64,000 nt of DNA, from the NCBI GenBank assembly GCA_965153355.1, contig OZ231126.1:7936001-8000000 (forward strand). Reading direction: 5' to 3'. The position numbers and the translations under genes are program-made. Below are positions 12,883-25,600 of this stretch, piece by piece. The first letter of the stretch is position 1; each line of letters starts with the position of its first letter. The notes beneath the pieces are model-generated. The model was not told where the DNA came from, made no database searches, and saw only the letters and a list, made by a program, of their open reading frames with translations. The stretch is from Flaccisagitta enflata (lineage: Eukaryota).

Positions 12883-13696
12883 CTGTTCAGGGCAAATGAA
12901 TAAGTCAATAAATGAGGCTTCATGTTAAATACAGTTATCTGATTATCAAATATCAAAACTATTCATACTTAAAGGTAAAAATTTACCGTTATACTGATAG
13001 TTGGCACTATGGCTGCGGCCGCGTCCGCTCGTCAGTTAGTCCGTCACATCTGTTGGTCAGTCACATCCGTTGGTCAACTGTCCCCAAAGAGAAAAGTGAG
13101 GGAAGCCAGAAATGGTCATATAGAACAGAAAAAGTCAAAAAGTCTTGTGTTGGATAGCAATTGAGGCAATGTCAGTATCAACAACCTCATTTGCATAATG
13201 CAGGTTTAAGATTTTGGTTTTTAAAGAAGACAAACATTCGAGTGACAACTGGAATTAAAGCTTTGTATAGAAAATGGGTTATTCCGTTATGTGTCTAGAG
13301 ATTTCACCAACACTTTGTACGTGCAAAAAAGATCTGTTTTGTAACATGCATCAAGAAGACGTAAAAGCGATGATTACAACGAGTTATATATATTATAAGA
13401 AAACACCAAATTAGTTGGAAGGCCATCACGGTAAAATGCCATAACTCTGTAGGGTACCGCCCTCACGGTAGCTGCCGGATACCATTAATAAGTCTGTCTT
13501 CCCGGAGACTTAATCTGCTTTTATTTAAGCGCCGACATTGGCATGCAAAGGCATGTCGTTGACTCGTAGTGATCAACGTTGGAAACATATGCTCCTTGTA
13601 AGGTTAGATTCATCTCTGCGTCTGTTTGCACGCCCCTGCCCACCCGTCCGCAAATACACTTGTTTGGGTGCAAATCTTCTTTCCATTTTCACTTAC

Positions 13697-13851
13697 TTTC
13701 TCGTCTCTTCATATTTCAAAGAGATATTTCTGTTTCCAGTGAGTCCCAGACCAAAAGATTCTTTGTCTTCTCCGGCCTCTGAATATTCGGAGAAGCAATC
13801 CAAGATTTCCAGCTCGAAATCTTTATGGACGTCACAAGAGTCGTTCCTCAC
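13697..13851 (-). CDS. PKD2: Polycystin-2 exon: VRNDSCDVHKDFELEILDCFSEYSEAGEDKESFGLGLTGNRNISLKYEETR
   Basis: Matches PKD2 [24 protein letters not shown]...EDRAPFG with both conserved Cys; AAG/GTAAGT sites. Confidence 0.92.
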
Positions 13852-14433
13852 CTTGGTTGAAGGACAATTCGTAAGAATTAATAAGAGATTAATATCATGA
13901 ATATTATCATGAGAATATTGTCATGAAATAATTCGAGTCTAACATCAACAAGGCCGGATACACAAAAATCCAGTCGCGGACGGTTGGGCAGGAGCAGTAA
14001 TGCGAAATCCGCTTGCAATTTAAAAATGTTACAGACGGACGGACGAACCGACCGATACGGCAAGGTGTAGAGTCGCGTGTCCTCGATTAAAAATACCAGC
14101 GCGATAGCTCGAGAGATGCCAATGAATGACTTCACTAACAATAGTCTATTAAACAAGGCCGGGAACGCCAATATCGGCAAATGGTGCGGCGGGTGCGATG
14201 GATTTTATCATTTTAACCTACTAATTGACTCACTAACATAACCTCGAAGGTACTTAATGACAAAATAGTTCATATTTGTAACGGTCTTCACCGGGGAAAC
14301 CCAGAAGCATCCGCCAAATGGAATGATCATTTCAGAAATGTTTAAAACTAAGAAAAATAAAGAATGAAGCCAAACTTTCAATGATCCGAGTTTTACTGCC
14401 GTGTGTTAGTTAAATCAAGCATCATTTGTTTAC

Positions 14434-14756
<323 letters not shown>

Positions 14757-15044
14757 TAAATACAGACAGTCATTGAGACAGGAAGAAACAGATACCACGC
14801 AAACAAAGAAGAAATCGGAAAGACGGAGAAATCACAAGAAAAGGTGTATAGATTCCGTATATGGAAGTATACTAGTAATCGAATTCTAATGCTAATATTG
14901 ACCTCAGTTTTGGGGGTACATGAGAAAAGACATGCGTCCATAAAGCTTGGTCGTTCCCTAAAATGAAAAAGACAAAAGACAAAAGACAAAAGACAAAATA
15001 TAGAAGACAAAAGACTGAAAAAGGACAAAAGACAAAATACTTAC

Positions 15045-15107
15045 GTCCCAAACGCCTTTGATGGTGTTCACTTCCTCGAACGATTTTAGAAACAATTTGG
15101 TAAGAAC
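15045..15107 (-). CDS. PKD2: Polycystin-2 exon: VLTKLFLKSFEEVNTIKGVWD
   Basis: Corresponds to PKD2 M.QLFL...F.TL..MEDFW; TTTCAG/GTAAGT sites; 21 codons, phase 0-0. Confidence 0.85.
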
Positions 15108-15781
15108 CTGAAAGAGATTGCAATCAAGTAGATAACAACCACTCGCTCTATTGGATCAGGAACAAAGGAAAGTTAACAAAACTCTTTTTTTAAAGTCGCG
15201 GACACGCGACTCTGCACCTTGCCGTGTCGGTTGGTATGTTAGTTGGTCACATTTTTGGTCGCGTGCACGCGACTCTATGACCCACTCTGTCCGTCTGTCG
15301 GTCGGTCCCACTTAGCTTTTTTAGTTTTTTCGCCGCTCCTGCCCACCCGCACGCGACTTCGGCTCGTGTATACGGCCTTGTTGAATTTCGGATTACAGCT
15401 TCTGCCCAACCGTCCGCGACTGGATTGCCGTTTATCCGACCTTGTTTTGTGGGACAGTACTCAGCAGGACATGGACGCTTCATTGTACCCAAGAGTAACT
15501 TGTTATATCAATACTGATTTCACTTTCATAATCACTGCCAGGAGTGAGAAATGGCAAGTCACATAGCAAAGACAATACTACCATTTGGGACCTCAAAATG
15601 TTGACCTTTATTGATGGGGAACCTTTAAACATAAACCAAAACATCATTCGTTCCATTTCAAAATAGTATTTCGTGAAATATCAATAAGATTTACTGACGC
15701 TTTAATGGCAAAAACACTTGCACAAAACCTCATAGCAATACATGACAATGAATATGACCTCTATCAAAATATCAGTCGTAC

Positions 15782-15895
15782 CATGTTGAAATAGTATTGG
15801 GTTGAGTCGACCATTCCAAAGGTGACGATCCCCAAAACCGCGATGAAGAACAAATAAATGATCAATTCTCTCAAAGTTGTCTTCACAAATCCCTC
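15782..15895 (-). CDS. PKD2: Polycystin-2 exon, S1 helix: EGFVKTTLRELIIYLFFIAVLGIVTFGMVDSTQYYFNM
   Basis: KTTLREL..YL.F...L.I.T.GM....YY motif of PKD2/PKD2L S1; CAG/GTACG sites; upstream N-terminal exons not identified. Confidence 0.92.
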
Positions 15896-16900
15896 CTGTG
15901 AGCAAAACAAGCGATGAAGAACAAATAAATGATCAATTCTCTCAATGTTGTCTTTACGAATCCCTCCTGGGAACAAAAATGATGATGAAGAACAAATAAA
16001 TGATCAGTTCTCTCAATGTTGTCTTTATGAATCCCTCCTGTGAGCAAAAAAGGCGATGAAAAACAAATCTCTTAGTCACCACGCGGATCAATACAAAAAA
16101 CGCATTCTTAAATGACCATTTTAGCCCTTTTCTCATTGATTTCAAGTTAAATGCTTTGCATCATTGGAAAGCGTAGCTTTTAAGCTTTCAGGATCAAAAA
16201 GAAAAAAACCTTAATCTTAAGGCGTTTATGCATGGTAAAAAAAAGAGTAAAAATAGTCATAAATCGTTTTCACAATTCTGTAAGAGAAAAAAAAATGCAA
16301 GATAACTAGTGTTTCAATTTGATGAGCTGTAACTTCTAAACCGTTTGAGATACAGACTTGGGATTGGTCTAGAATGAAAGAAAATTCAAAAATCTTCGAA
16401 ATTGTTTTGTCTGAAAAAAGCTATAAAACTTTTTTCAAGCTTTATCATTGGATATAGAAATGACAAACAATTTTCTCAATGATTAGATGTTTTTTATGTG
16501 CTCAAAATAATGGTTGACTTTGAAAGGCTGTAACTTTCAAACGGTTCGAGATACAGACCTGGGATTGGTCTAGATAAAAAGAAAATTAAAAAATCTTCAA
16601 AATTGCTTAAACTAAAAACATTTTTGATAACTTTTTCTGTCTTCTCTATCTATAAATGAAGAGGTGCGTCTTTTTTTTTTATTTGCGTGGTATCTTTACA
16701 AATCCCTCCTGTGAACAAAACAGGTGATGAAGAATAAATAAATGATCGGTTCTCTCTAAGTTGTCTTTACAAATCTCTCCTGTAAACAGATAAGGCCTTG
16801 AAGAACAAATAAATGATCAATTCTCCTTAAGTTGATTTTACAAATCCCTTCTGTGAACAAATGCAGAAGAGACAAATAAATGATTAATTCTCTCAATGTC
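15896..16900 (-). repeat. ~71-bp duplicates of the PKD2 S1 acceptor plus exon start (2 copies 15896-16065, ~3 degenerate copies 16693-16900)
   Basis: CAGGAGGGATT.GTAAAGACAAC.TTGAGAGAA.TGATCATTTATTTGTTCTTCATC repeated on the minus strand. Confidence 0.88.
16079..16690. mobile_element. MITE-like insertion with imperfect TIRs (CCACGC...AAAAAACGCA)
   Basis: CCACGCGGATCAATACAAAAAACGCA versus TGCGTCTTTTTTTTTTATTTGCGTGG; internal ~200-bp duplication; splits the pseudo-exon array; TSD not clear. Confidence 0.55.
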
Positions 16901-17905
16901 ACGTCTTAACACATCCTGAATAAACAAGGCCGAGTAGGCCGACGCGATAGGTGCGCCGCGCCGGTTCGATTGTGAAAGGTTTGCGTGACCAACCAACACG
17001 ACCGGTTATAGAGGTGCGTTGGCGCCCTTAAATATTTCGTATTGTCAACGTTATCAATATCTTTTTTATGCACTAGTATAGCCAACTGTCAGATATGAGA
17101 GATGATTATTTTAACAGATAGATCTTAAGGACTCGCAGAATACATGAGTCTGCGGCACTACTTAAACCAGACACGCAGGACAATGGGGTCACCGGTGCTC
17201 GCGGAACAGAGCCGCTTTGACATGTATACTAAATGGTATAGGCCTGTCCAACCCTATACTAATGAGGTATGCAGTCAAGCTGATTGTTTTGTCAGGTAAG
17301 CTTTTTGTTTGTCAGTAGTAAAGGATAGTTGTGAGCAATCCGGAGTAAACACCATTGAATGCTTGCAAGGCTTTCATCTAGGGATGTGGAAGCGATTGAC
17401 TGCTTCCAATTTAGAGGATGGGATAGCTACTAGTATTTGAACTGTAAATGGAAGGAAAGGGAGCGGTGGAAGCGGCTTTAAAATCAACCGCTTCCCAATA
17501 CTTTAAAGTATTGTATTGGTATTGTATAGTTGACAAAAATGATATATAGCTCAGGCCTGCTTATAAGGGCAATGTTGTTTCAACTTTCATAAGTGAGTGA
17601 TGATAAGTCATCCACGCTGCCACTCACCGGTTAGCTACAACAATCACATTCAAGCGCGGTGTCTCGGTAGACCCATTCCGCTCGAGATATAGAAATGGAT
17701 GAGGCAGTATTATTTCGCTTGTGACATGATTTTTTCGGTTCTTAATTATGCTTAGTAATCATTTAATTTTAACATTTTAGAACAATAAAAAGTCAGTTTA
17801 TTACTTGTAAGCTCGGTGAGTATAGATTTTATCTCTGGACTTATTTTAAGCAGTGTTTATTCAAATTTCAATATTTGCGATCGAAATCAACGGTAATCTT
17901 AAGTC

Positions 17906-19068
17906 AACAAGGCCGGATACACGGGCCAAGACGGTGCGCCGAGCTTTATTAATTCATAGCTATCCCTAGCTCCATCAGACCTATCCCTAGCTCTATCAGA
18001 CCATTCCTAGCTCTATCAGACCTTTCCCGCCGGGCGTTACTAATCCACAGCTATCCCTAGCTCCATTAGACCTATCCCTAGCTCTATCAAACCATTCCTA
18101 GCTCTATCAGACCTATCCCGAGCTCTATCAGGCCTCTCCCGAGCTCTATCAGACCTTTTCCGAGCTCTATCAGACCTATCCCAAGTTCTATCAGACCTAT
18201 CACCAGCTCTATCAGACCTATCCTAAGACATATCCGACCCATCACCAGACCTATCCGACCTATCCCCAGCTCTATAAAACCTAACCGTAGCTGATTATAT
18301 TAGTATCATTTATGATATATATGATATATATGATATATATGATATGATATGATATATGATATGATATATGATATGATATATGATATGATATATGATATGA
18401 TATATGATATGATATATGATATGATATATGATATGATATATGATATGATATATGATATGATATATGATATATGATATGATATATGATATGATATATGATA
18501 TGATATGATATATGATATGATATGATATGATGATATGATATGATATATGATATATGATATGATATGATATATGATATGATATATGATATGATATATGATA
18601 TGATATATGATATGATATATGATATGATATATGATATGATATATGATGTGATATACAATATGAAATATGATATGATATATGACATGATATAAGATATGAT
18701 ATAAGATATGATATATGATATGATATATGATATGTGATATGATATATGATATGATATGATGTGATATGATATATGATATGATATATGATATGATACATGA
18801 TATGATATATGATATGATATATGATATGATATATGATATGATATATGATATACGGTATATGATATGATATATGATATGATATGATATGATATATGATATG
18901 ATATATGATATGATATATGATATATGATATATGATATGATATGTGATATGATATATGATATATGACATGATATATGATATATGATATATGACATGATATA
19001 TGATATATGACATGATATATGATACATGATATATGATATATGATATATGATATGTGATATATATATAT
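17906..19068 (-). repeat. HINE-type end followed by ~20-bp CTATCAGACCTATCCCTAGCT repeats and an (ATATG/ATATGAT)n satellite (18310-19068)
   Basis: AACAAGGCCGGATACACGG terminus; tandem arrays read directly; source of the HISY/YIIS ORFs. Confidence 0.85.
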
Positions 19069-19783
19069 GATCAGATGGATGTGAGGGACTACGCCTCCAC
19101 AGTTCAGCACAATCATCTGGTACTCTTTCTTGTCAATGGCACTTGTATCAAACAGGTTAGAATTATGGATCTTTTCTTTCTGGTTGGATTGTTGTCTTAA
19201 ATTATTTCATGATAATGCTAAGATAAACTTTGTTATTTTGACTACTAAGGATAGTTGTGATGGGTCCGGATTAAACACCAGTGAGAGCTCCAAAGGCTCC
19301 CATCCTTAAGTAAAGTGGGATTGAGTAGTGATGTTGTCCAACTTTCATATATTTCAGTACCATGGTATAGAATGCCGGCGATCCCATATGGTTGATTCTC
19401 GATTCTTGCCTCTAATGGTATGGTTTTTAACAACATTGCCTTTGAGATCTAGATTATCTTTGGATAGCTACATCATCATTTGGTAATTTGTATGCTATAA
19501 ATAAAAGGGATATGCTAACTACTTTGCATCTTTTATTTTGGGTTGACATGGAATGTTTGAGGGAATGGTCTCATTCAGTGGAGAGGGTTTTGATTTTAGG
19601 TTGTGGGTTGCATGAACCTTTTACAATGGGAAGATCAGATGGATGTGAGGGACTACGCCTCCACAGTTCAGCACAATCATCTGGTACTCTTTCTTGTCAA
19701 TGGCACTTGTATCAAACAGGTTAAAAGTATGGATCTTTGCTTTCTGGTTGGATTGTTGTCTTAAATTATTTCATGATAATGCT
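19069..19783. repeat. ~565-bp dispersed repeat in partial tandem duplication, truncated by the CACTA end
   Basis: 19069-19218 recurs at ~19635-19783; a further copy lies at ~913-1287; class unknown. Confidence 0.8.
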
Positions 19784-20335
19784 CACTGTAGAAAAAGACC
19801 AATGTGGTCGGTTACCGACCACGTTGGATTACCTTGGGTACTTGTTCTAGTAACGTGGTCCTTTACACCTCCTTTACAAATCTTATGTGGATTACCTTTT
19901 CCCCACAAAAAGTGGTCCTTGACGGATTACGCAAAAATTAAAGTGGTTCTTTGTCGCAAAAAGGGCGACGGGAGCCGCTTTAATTTTTTAAAAACAATCG
20001 TGGTCCGTAACGGACCACTTTCATCTTGTAGAAAACCATTTTTGCAAAGAAAGTGGTCCTTTTAACAGACCACACATTTTTTTTTGGGGGCTGGGTCCCA
20101 TATAAAGTGGTCCTTTAAAAGACCATTTATTTCTTATATAGTGGTCCTACGCTAGACCACTTTCTTACTCGATTATGGATGGTACCTAAAAAAGTGGTCC
20201 TTTAAAAGACCATTTATTTCTTATATAGTGGTCCTACGTTAGACCACTTTCTTACTCGATTATGGATGGTACCTAAAAAAGTGGTCCTTTAAAAGACCAT
20301 TTATTTCTTATATAATGGTCCTTTACAAGACCGCA
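19784..20335. repeat. CACTA subterminal repeats: multiple (AA)GTGGTCC...GACCA(C) short palindromes, including ~88-bp tandem units at 20103-20332
   Basis: Direct reading; direct and inverted short motifs next to the TIR are typical of CACTA ends. Confidence 0.8.
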
Positions 20336-22603
20336 TAATTTTTTTTTTCGGTCCGTCGGTCGGTTGGTTGGTTGGTTGGTTGGTTGGTTGGTTGGTCAGT
20401 CAGTTGGTTGGTCGATCGGCAGGTTGCTTGGTAGGTGAATCGGTTGGTAAGTCGGTTGGTTGGTCAATCGGTCAGTTGCTTGGTAGGTCAATCGGTTGGT
20501 CTGCTAGCCTGCCGGCCGGTCGGTTAGTGGGTTGGTTGGTTGGTTGGTTGGTGTGTCGGTCTGTTGGTTGGTGGGTCATTTGGTTGTTTAGTCGGTCAGT
20601 TTGTTAGGCGATATGTTGTTAAAAGCAAAAAAATTACTTTGCTGTTATGGCCAGTAAAAATAAAAGAAAAAATTTTTTAGACTTAAAATTTGATGTAATA
20701 AAAACAAGGCCAAGTAGGGCAATAAGGTGCAACGTGTGGATCGTCGAACGAATGCGTTACCCAACCAACCAACCAACCAACCAACCAACCAACCAACCAA
20801 TCGACCAACGGTCACAGCCAGTTAAAGAGGTGCTTTGTCTTCCCATAAAATAATGTAAGTTTTCCTTTGAACCAAAAAGTTTGTAAAAAAATTAACCCCA
20901 AAAAAATTAACCCATAAATTTGGTCTGAGTGACCTGCTGTTGTTGTTGAATTATTTTGTGAGTGAGCTGATGTTGTTGCCCAAAAAAAAAAAAAAAAAGT
21001 TGATGATTAAATTCCTGCATTTTTTCTTTCACCCAATTTTCTTTAAAAAAGGAAATTTTAACATAACTTTGAAAGAAAAATTTTTTCATGAAAAAATTTT
21101 CCAAAAAGGAAAAAAATTTTGAAAACAGCTACAGGCTGCTTTTCTTTTTGGGTACTGCACCTAAAAATTTTTTTTTCTTTTTGGAGAGGGTAAAAAAAAA
21201 TTTTCCATCATTTTTGTTTTTACTTCAACTGAAAAAAGGTCATATGCAACAAGTGTACCATCCAGAAAAAAATTTTTTTCCTGTTTAACCAGAAACAATC
21301 GTAAGATTTTGTACCATTCTCGTTTTATTTTCCTTTTTCTTTTGTGGAGACTGCGGTCAGCGGTTTGTTTCTGTGTTTAGTGTGTTTGTGTTTGAGTGTG
21401 TTTGTGTTTGTGTGTGTGTGTGTCTGCGTGTGTGTGTGTGTGTGTGTGTTTGTTGTGTGTATGTGTATGTGTGCGTGCCTGTGCGCGTGTGTTTAAACAT
21501 TTTTTTGTGTTGTTGCTCCAATAACATGGAAAAAGGGAAAAATTGAAACAAAAATTCTTAACTCAGAACCCCCCAATTTTTTATTTGTTTAAGAAGGAGA
21601 AAGGCAAAGATAAGGTAATAAGCCATCATTTATTAAAAAAAAAAAAATTTGAAAAAAAAACAACAAAACGCCAAATTAGCAAATCACAGAGAACCAAGAT
21701 CACAACATATACGCAATGTTTTTAAAAAAAAAAGGAACTTATCCCATTTCTAGTTTAAGGAAGATCGGACGTAAACAAAGCAATTCAGTGTGTGTTAATT
21801 GAAAACGGAACAGAAGGTTCTAATGCTTGCATGATTATGGCACAGATGACGATAAAAGAAAGACAGTATAACGAAGCAGATGTTTTTGGATCATCCATAT
21901 ATATGGATGATAAGGACACCTTGTAATGAAGAAATCAGTTAACTACTCTTTACTATATTGAATAAGAATGTAAACAAGTTCTTTATTCTGTAAAAAAACT
22001 TTTTACCTCTTACTTTCACTTTGAGTTAAAAACCGTGTGTACTTTAAACGAAAACCTGATCGACATTTCTCAAATTTTCTTGTTTGGGGGTGTTGAAATT
22101 GCTCATTTTGACGATAGGGTCATTCCTTTTTTCCTTTTTTTTCCCCCTCACCTGCATGGTAATTGTGTGCTCTTCTCTCCCCCCCACCCAAAAAAAAAAC
22201 GTCTGTATGGGTTTTAATCATCAAACCTAAATAAAACAAATAATACTGATCTGTTTAAACTTAAAAAAAAAAAAAAAAAAAAAAAGAAAATCCTTAAACC
22301 AGAAAGAAACTGTTTAACAAAAATATTTAAGTTTCCCACATTAGGCAGGTGCAAGAAGTAGTATTTAACCATCTCACCTAATATAAAAAAACATTTTTCC
22401 AAAACTTTTTTTTTTTTAATGTTCTTGTTTTTAAACAATTTTAGTCATCAATGTTTAATGATCACTGGTATGACTTCTAGAAACGGCATGGTAAACAACA
22501 AGGCCAAGTAGGACAATCATGAGCAAATTGACGCTTCATTGTACAAAGGTTGGCCAAAAAAAAAATTAAAAAAACGCGAAACCGTACATGTCCCAAAACC
22601 TAA

Positions 22604-25600
22604 CTAATCATTCTCTTCTTCCGAGTCAGACTCTTCTTCAGAGTTTGAAGAGGTCAAGGTTGTGTCTTTGCGATTGTTTCTTTCGTCATCGGTTGACAAG
22701 GGGGAAGTCTGCGTGTTCCTCTCTTGTTGCTCGTCCTCGGATTCATCGTTATCATCAGGCGTCATCTCAACCAAAGTTTCGGTCTCGAAACGTAGCTCTT
22801 GAACGACTTTTGATTTTCGGCCTTTGTCTTTGTCTTTGTCTTTTCCGCCTTTGTCTTTGCATTTTCTTCCTTTGTCTTTTGATTTTCTGCCTTTGTCTTT
22901 GTCCGTGGTGGGTCCGCCTATTCCGCGATATCTCACCGTCGAGATCTCGATGTTTGGATCCTAATGGGTGCAAGATGCAGTAATTTAGAGTATTTACTTT
23001 TGCAAATTTTCACATAAACTGCGATAATTGTTTAAACAAAACATGTTAAGATTGACCAAGCAACCAATTCATCAACGTTGATCTATTTCTTGCTTTGTCA
23101 ATCTGGAACCCCCTTTGTTTTTAAGAAAAAATTATTGCAATTAACTTGAAAATTTGCCCAAGTAAATACTCTAATGCTCCGACAGATACAACCGTACAGG
23201 TCACCAACAACAAGACCAATGTCCAAAAAAAAAAAATGTGAGCCATGTGCCCTACCTCTTTGTGACGCAAAGAGGGAAACTTCGACTCCTTCTGGCAACG
23301 TTCATCCAGGTCCAACTGCATTTGCCGCATATTCACCAACCGAATTGGTTGGTTTCCTGTTGCTGTCACTCGAAGGCATGGTTGGCGGAGTACGATTCTG
23401 CATTGAAAGAGGTGGTGATGGAAAACCATTAAATAACAAGGCCAAGTAGGCCAATAAGGTGCGACGTGTAGATCGTCGAACGAATGCGTTACAGACCAAC
23501 AGACGGACAGAGCCAGTTATAGAGGTGCTTTGTCGCACCAAAAAATGTAATGTATATTTGCCATTCCTCTATCCATCCATTGACCCATCCATCCATGCAT
23601 CCATCTATCCATTCATCCATACATCAAATGACCTATACACCCATCCAATGACTATGCAGTCATACATCCATTTACTCATCCTCTCCCCCCCCTTCACTGT
23701 GTACCTTCCCATCCCTTTTTAAAATCCTATGTCCATAAATACATCCCTCCAACTAAGTATTCATAATTAAAAATCACATTGTTCCAACACATCACTCTTC
23801 AATCCATTCATCCTAAAGAAAACCAAAAAAAACCCACCTATGTATCCATCCATGCAATCATCCATTCCTGTACTATAAATATATCATGCTTTGAAATTCT
23901 CTTCATGAGTATTCATGAGTATTCATGAGTATTCATGAGATTTCATGAGTACGCTCACCTGCCAAGGAAAGTGTACTGCGCCATGAAGTTGCGGCATAAA
24001 GCACCCATCACGTTTGTGTTGGGTTTTTTGGTCCTTGAACGTTGGTAATGGGCCTCCTTCTGCTTTGCTTCATCTTGCTTTTGCGCTCCTGGCCCTTTAG
24101 TCCTCGTTATCTTGGCCAGAAGGTTTTCTCACTTCATGAGTGGCCAGACGTACCATTTGATGAGGAGATCTGTCACAGCGTGTGGTATTTCCGTTCCATC
24201 AGGGTTGAATAACGGAACCTCCTCCACGACACAGTGCTCAGACAGTAGGGCCCCTTTGGCTTTCCCACGGTCAAACCCCCGTCCATCAAGGGGGAAATCT
24301 TTTTGGGTTTTGGGAAATTGGGGCAGGGTAAAGGTGGATGGGGTAATAGGGTAATGAAAGTGAATAATTAGTATTGTAAATCATCAATGTTGTATTTGTT
24401 AGCTACTCTAATTAACAAAAAAACTAATCTAAGACATAAGTTTTTTCAGGAATACAAATAAAGGAAAATAGAGGAAAAGGAAACAGTTGATGTACATACA
24501 ATGGCGATGTAGTGTTGATGTACATACAAAGGCTAGTGTTGACCATACAGTCTGTATGTAAAATCTTGGATATTCATTTTTTTTCATATCTTAAACATTT
24601 CTACGTCTAATTACATGAATCAAGGGTAAGCTTTTACCCAGGCTTACCAAGATTGGGAAGCCGATTCTGTCAACCTGGTGCATGCTTTGTTCTTAGTTGC
24701 GTGCACGCGACTCTACAACCCGCTTTAGTGCTCTGCCGTGCAACGGTGGGTTGGTCTGTTCCTTGGTCCGTCACACTTTCCTTTTTTGTACTATAACTTT
24801 AACTGTTAGGTAATTTTAAGTCATTTTAAGTCATTTTCAGTTATTAAAAGTCATTTTTAGTCATTCTAAGTAATTTTTATTTTTTTTAAGTCATGATAAG
24901 TTATTCTAAGTTATTTTGGGTCATTTTTTTTAAAAAGTCCTTTTTGGGCCTTTTTAGGTCATTTTAAGTACTTGAAAGTCATTCTAAGTCATTCTTAGTC
25001 ATTGTAAGTCATTCTTAGTCTGCAAGTCTTGCAGGGGACTTTTAGGTGTTGGCCTTGTTTTCATTCCCCTTTCATATACAGCAACTGCAGGACCTGGTTG
25101 CTCTCATGTTGCTTAGCATTGCTACCATGTTACCCTGAATCGGCTTCCTGGGTTCAAGTAGGTAAAACATTGTGTCCCTGATCTGCTTCACCACTGTGTA
25201 TGCCAAAGAAAATATATTTCTTGGTTTTCATCATTCAAACATACACTCGCTCAAGAAGAAATTTATTTTCTTTTTTCTTGGTTTTAATCATGTGAGGTTT
25301 TTGAAGAATGTCCTCGCAATTGTATATGATCGTGTCCGTTGGTTGGTTGGTTGGTTGGTTGGTTGGTTGGTTGGTTGGTTGGTTGGTTTATTGATTGTTC
25401 ATTGTGTTGGTTGGTTGGTCACCCTAAAAGAAAAAAAAAAAACGCTGAATATGAGATAGTTTTACATTCCTCCCACATCTCATGATATACCTCATTATTT
25501 TTTATTCATCCAAATTTTTTTTTTCATTCATTCATTCATTCATTCATTCATTCATCTCTTCAATCATTCATTCATTCATTCATTCATTCATCCATTTCCA

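Noticed and set aside
18281-19116. His/Ile/Ser/Tyr-rich ORFs
   Set aside because: (ATATG)n satellite.
19069-19783. Penelope or LTR identity for the direct repeat
   Set aside because: No convincing RT or GIY-YIG motif, no TG...CA ends or PBS; left unclassified.
20850-21750. Unusual homopolymer-rich segment
   Set aside because: Looks like low-complexity or low-accuracy sequence; similar zones at ~56440-56580 and ~58180-58700.
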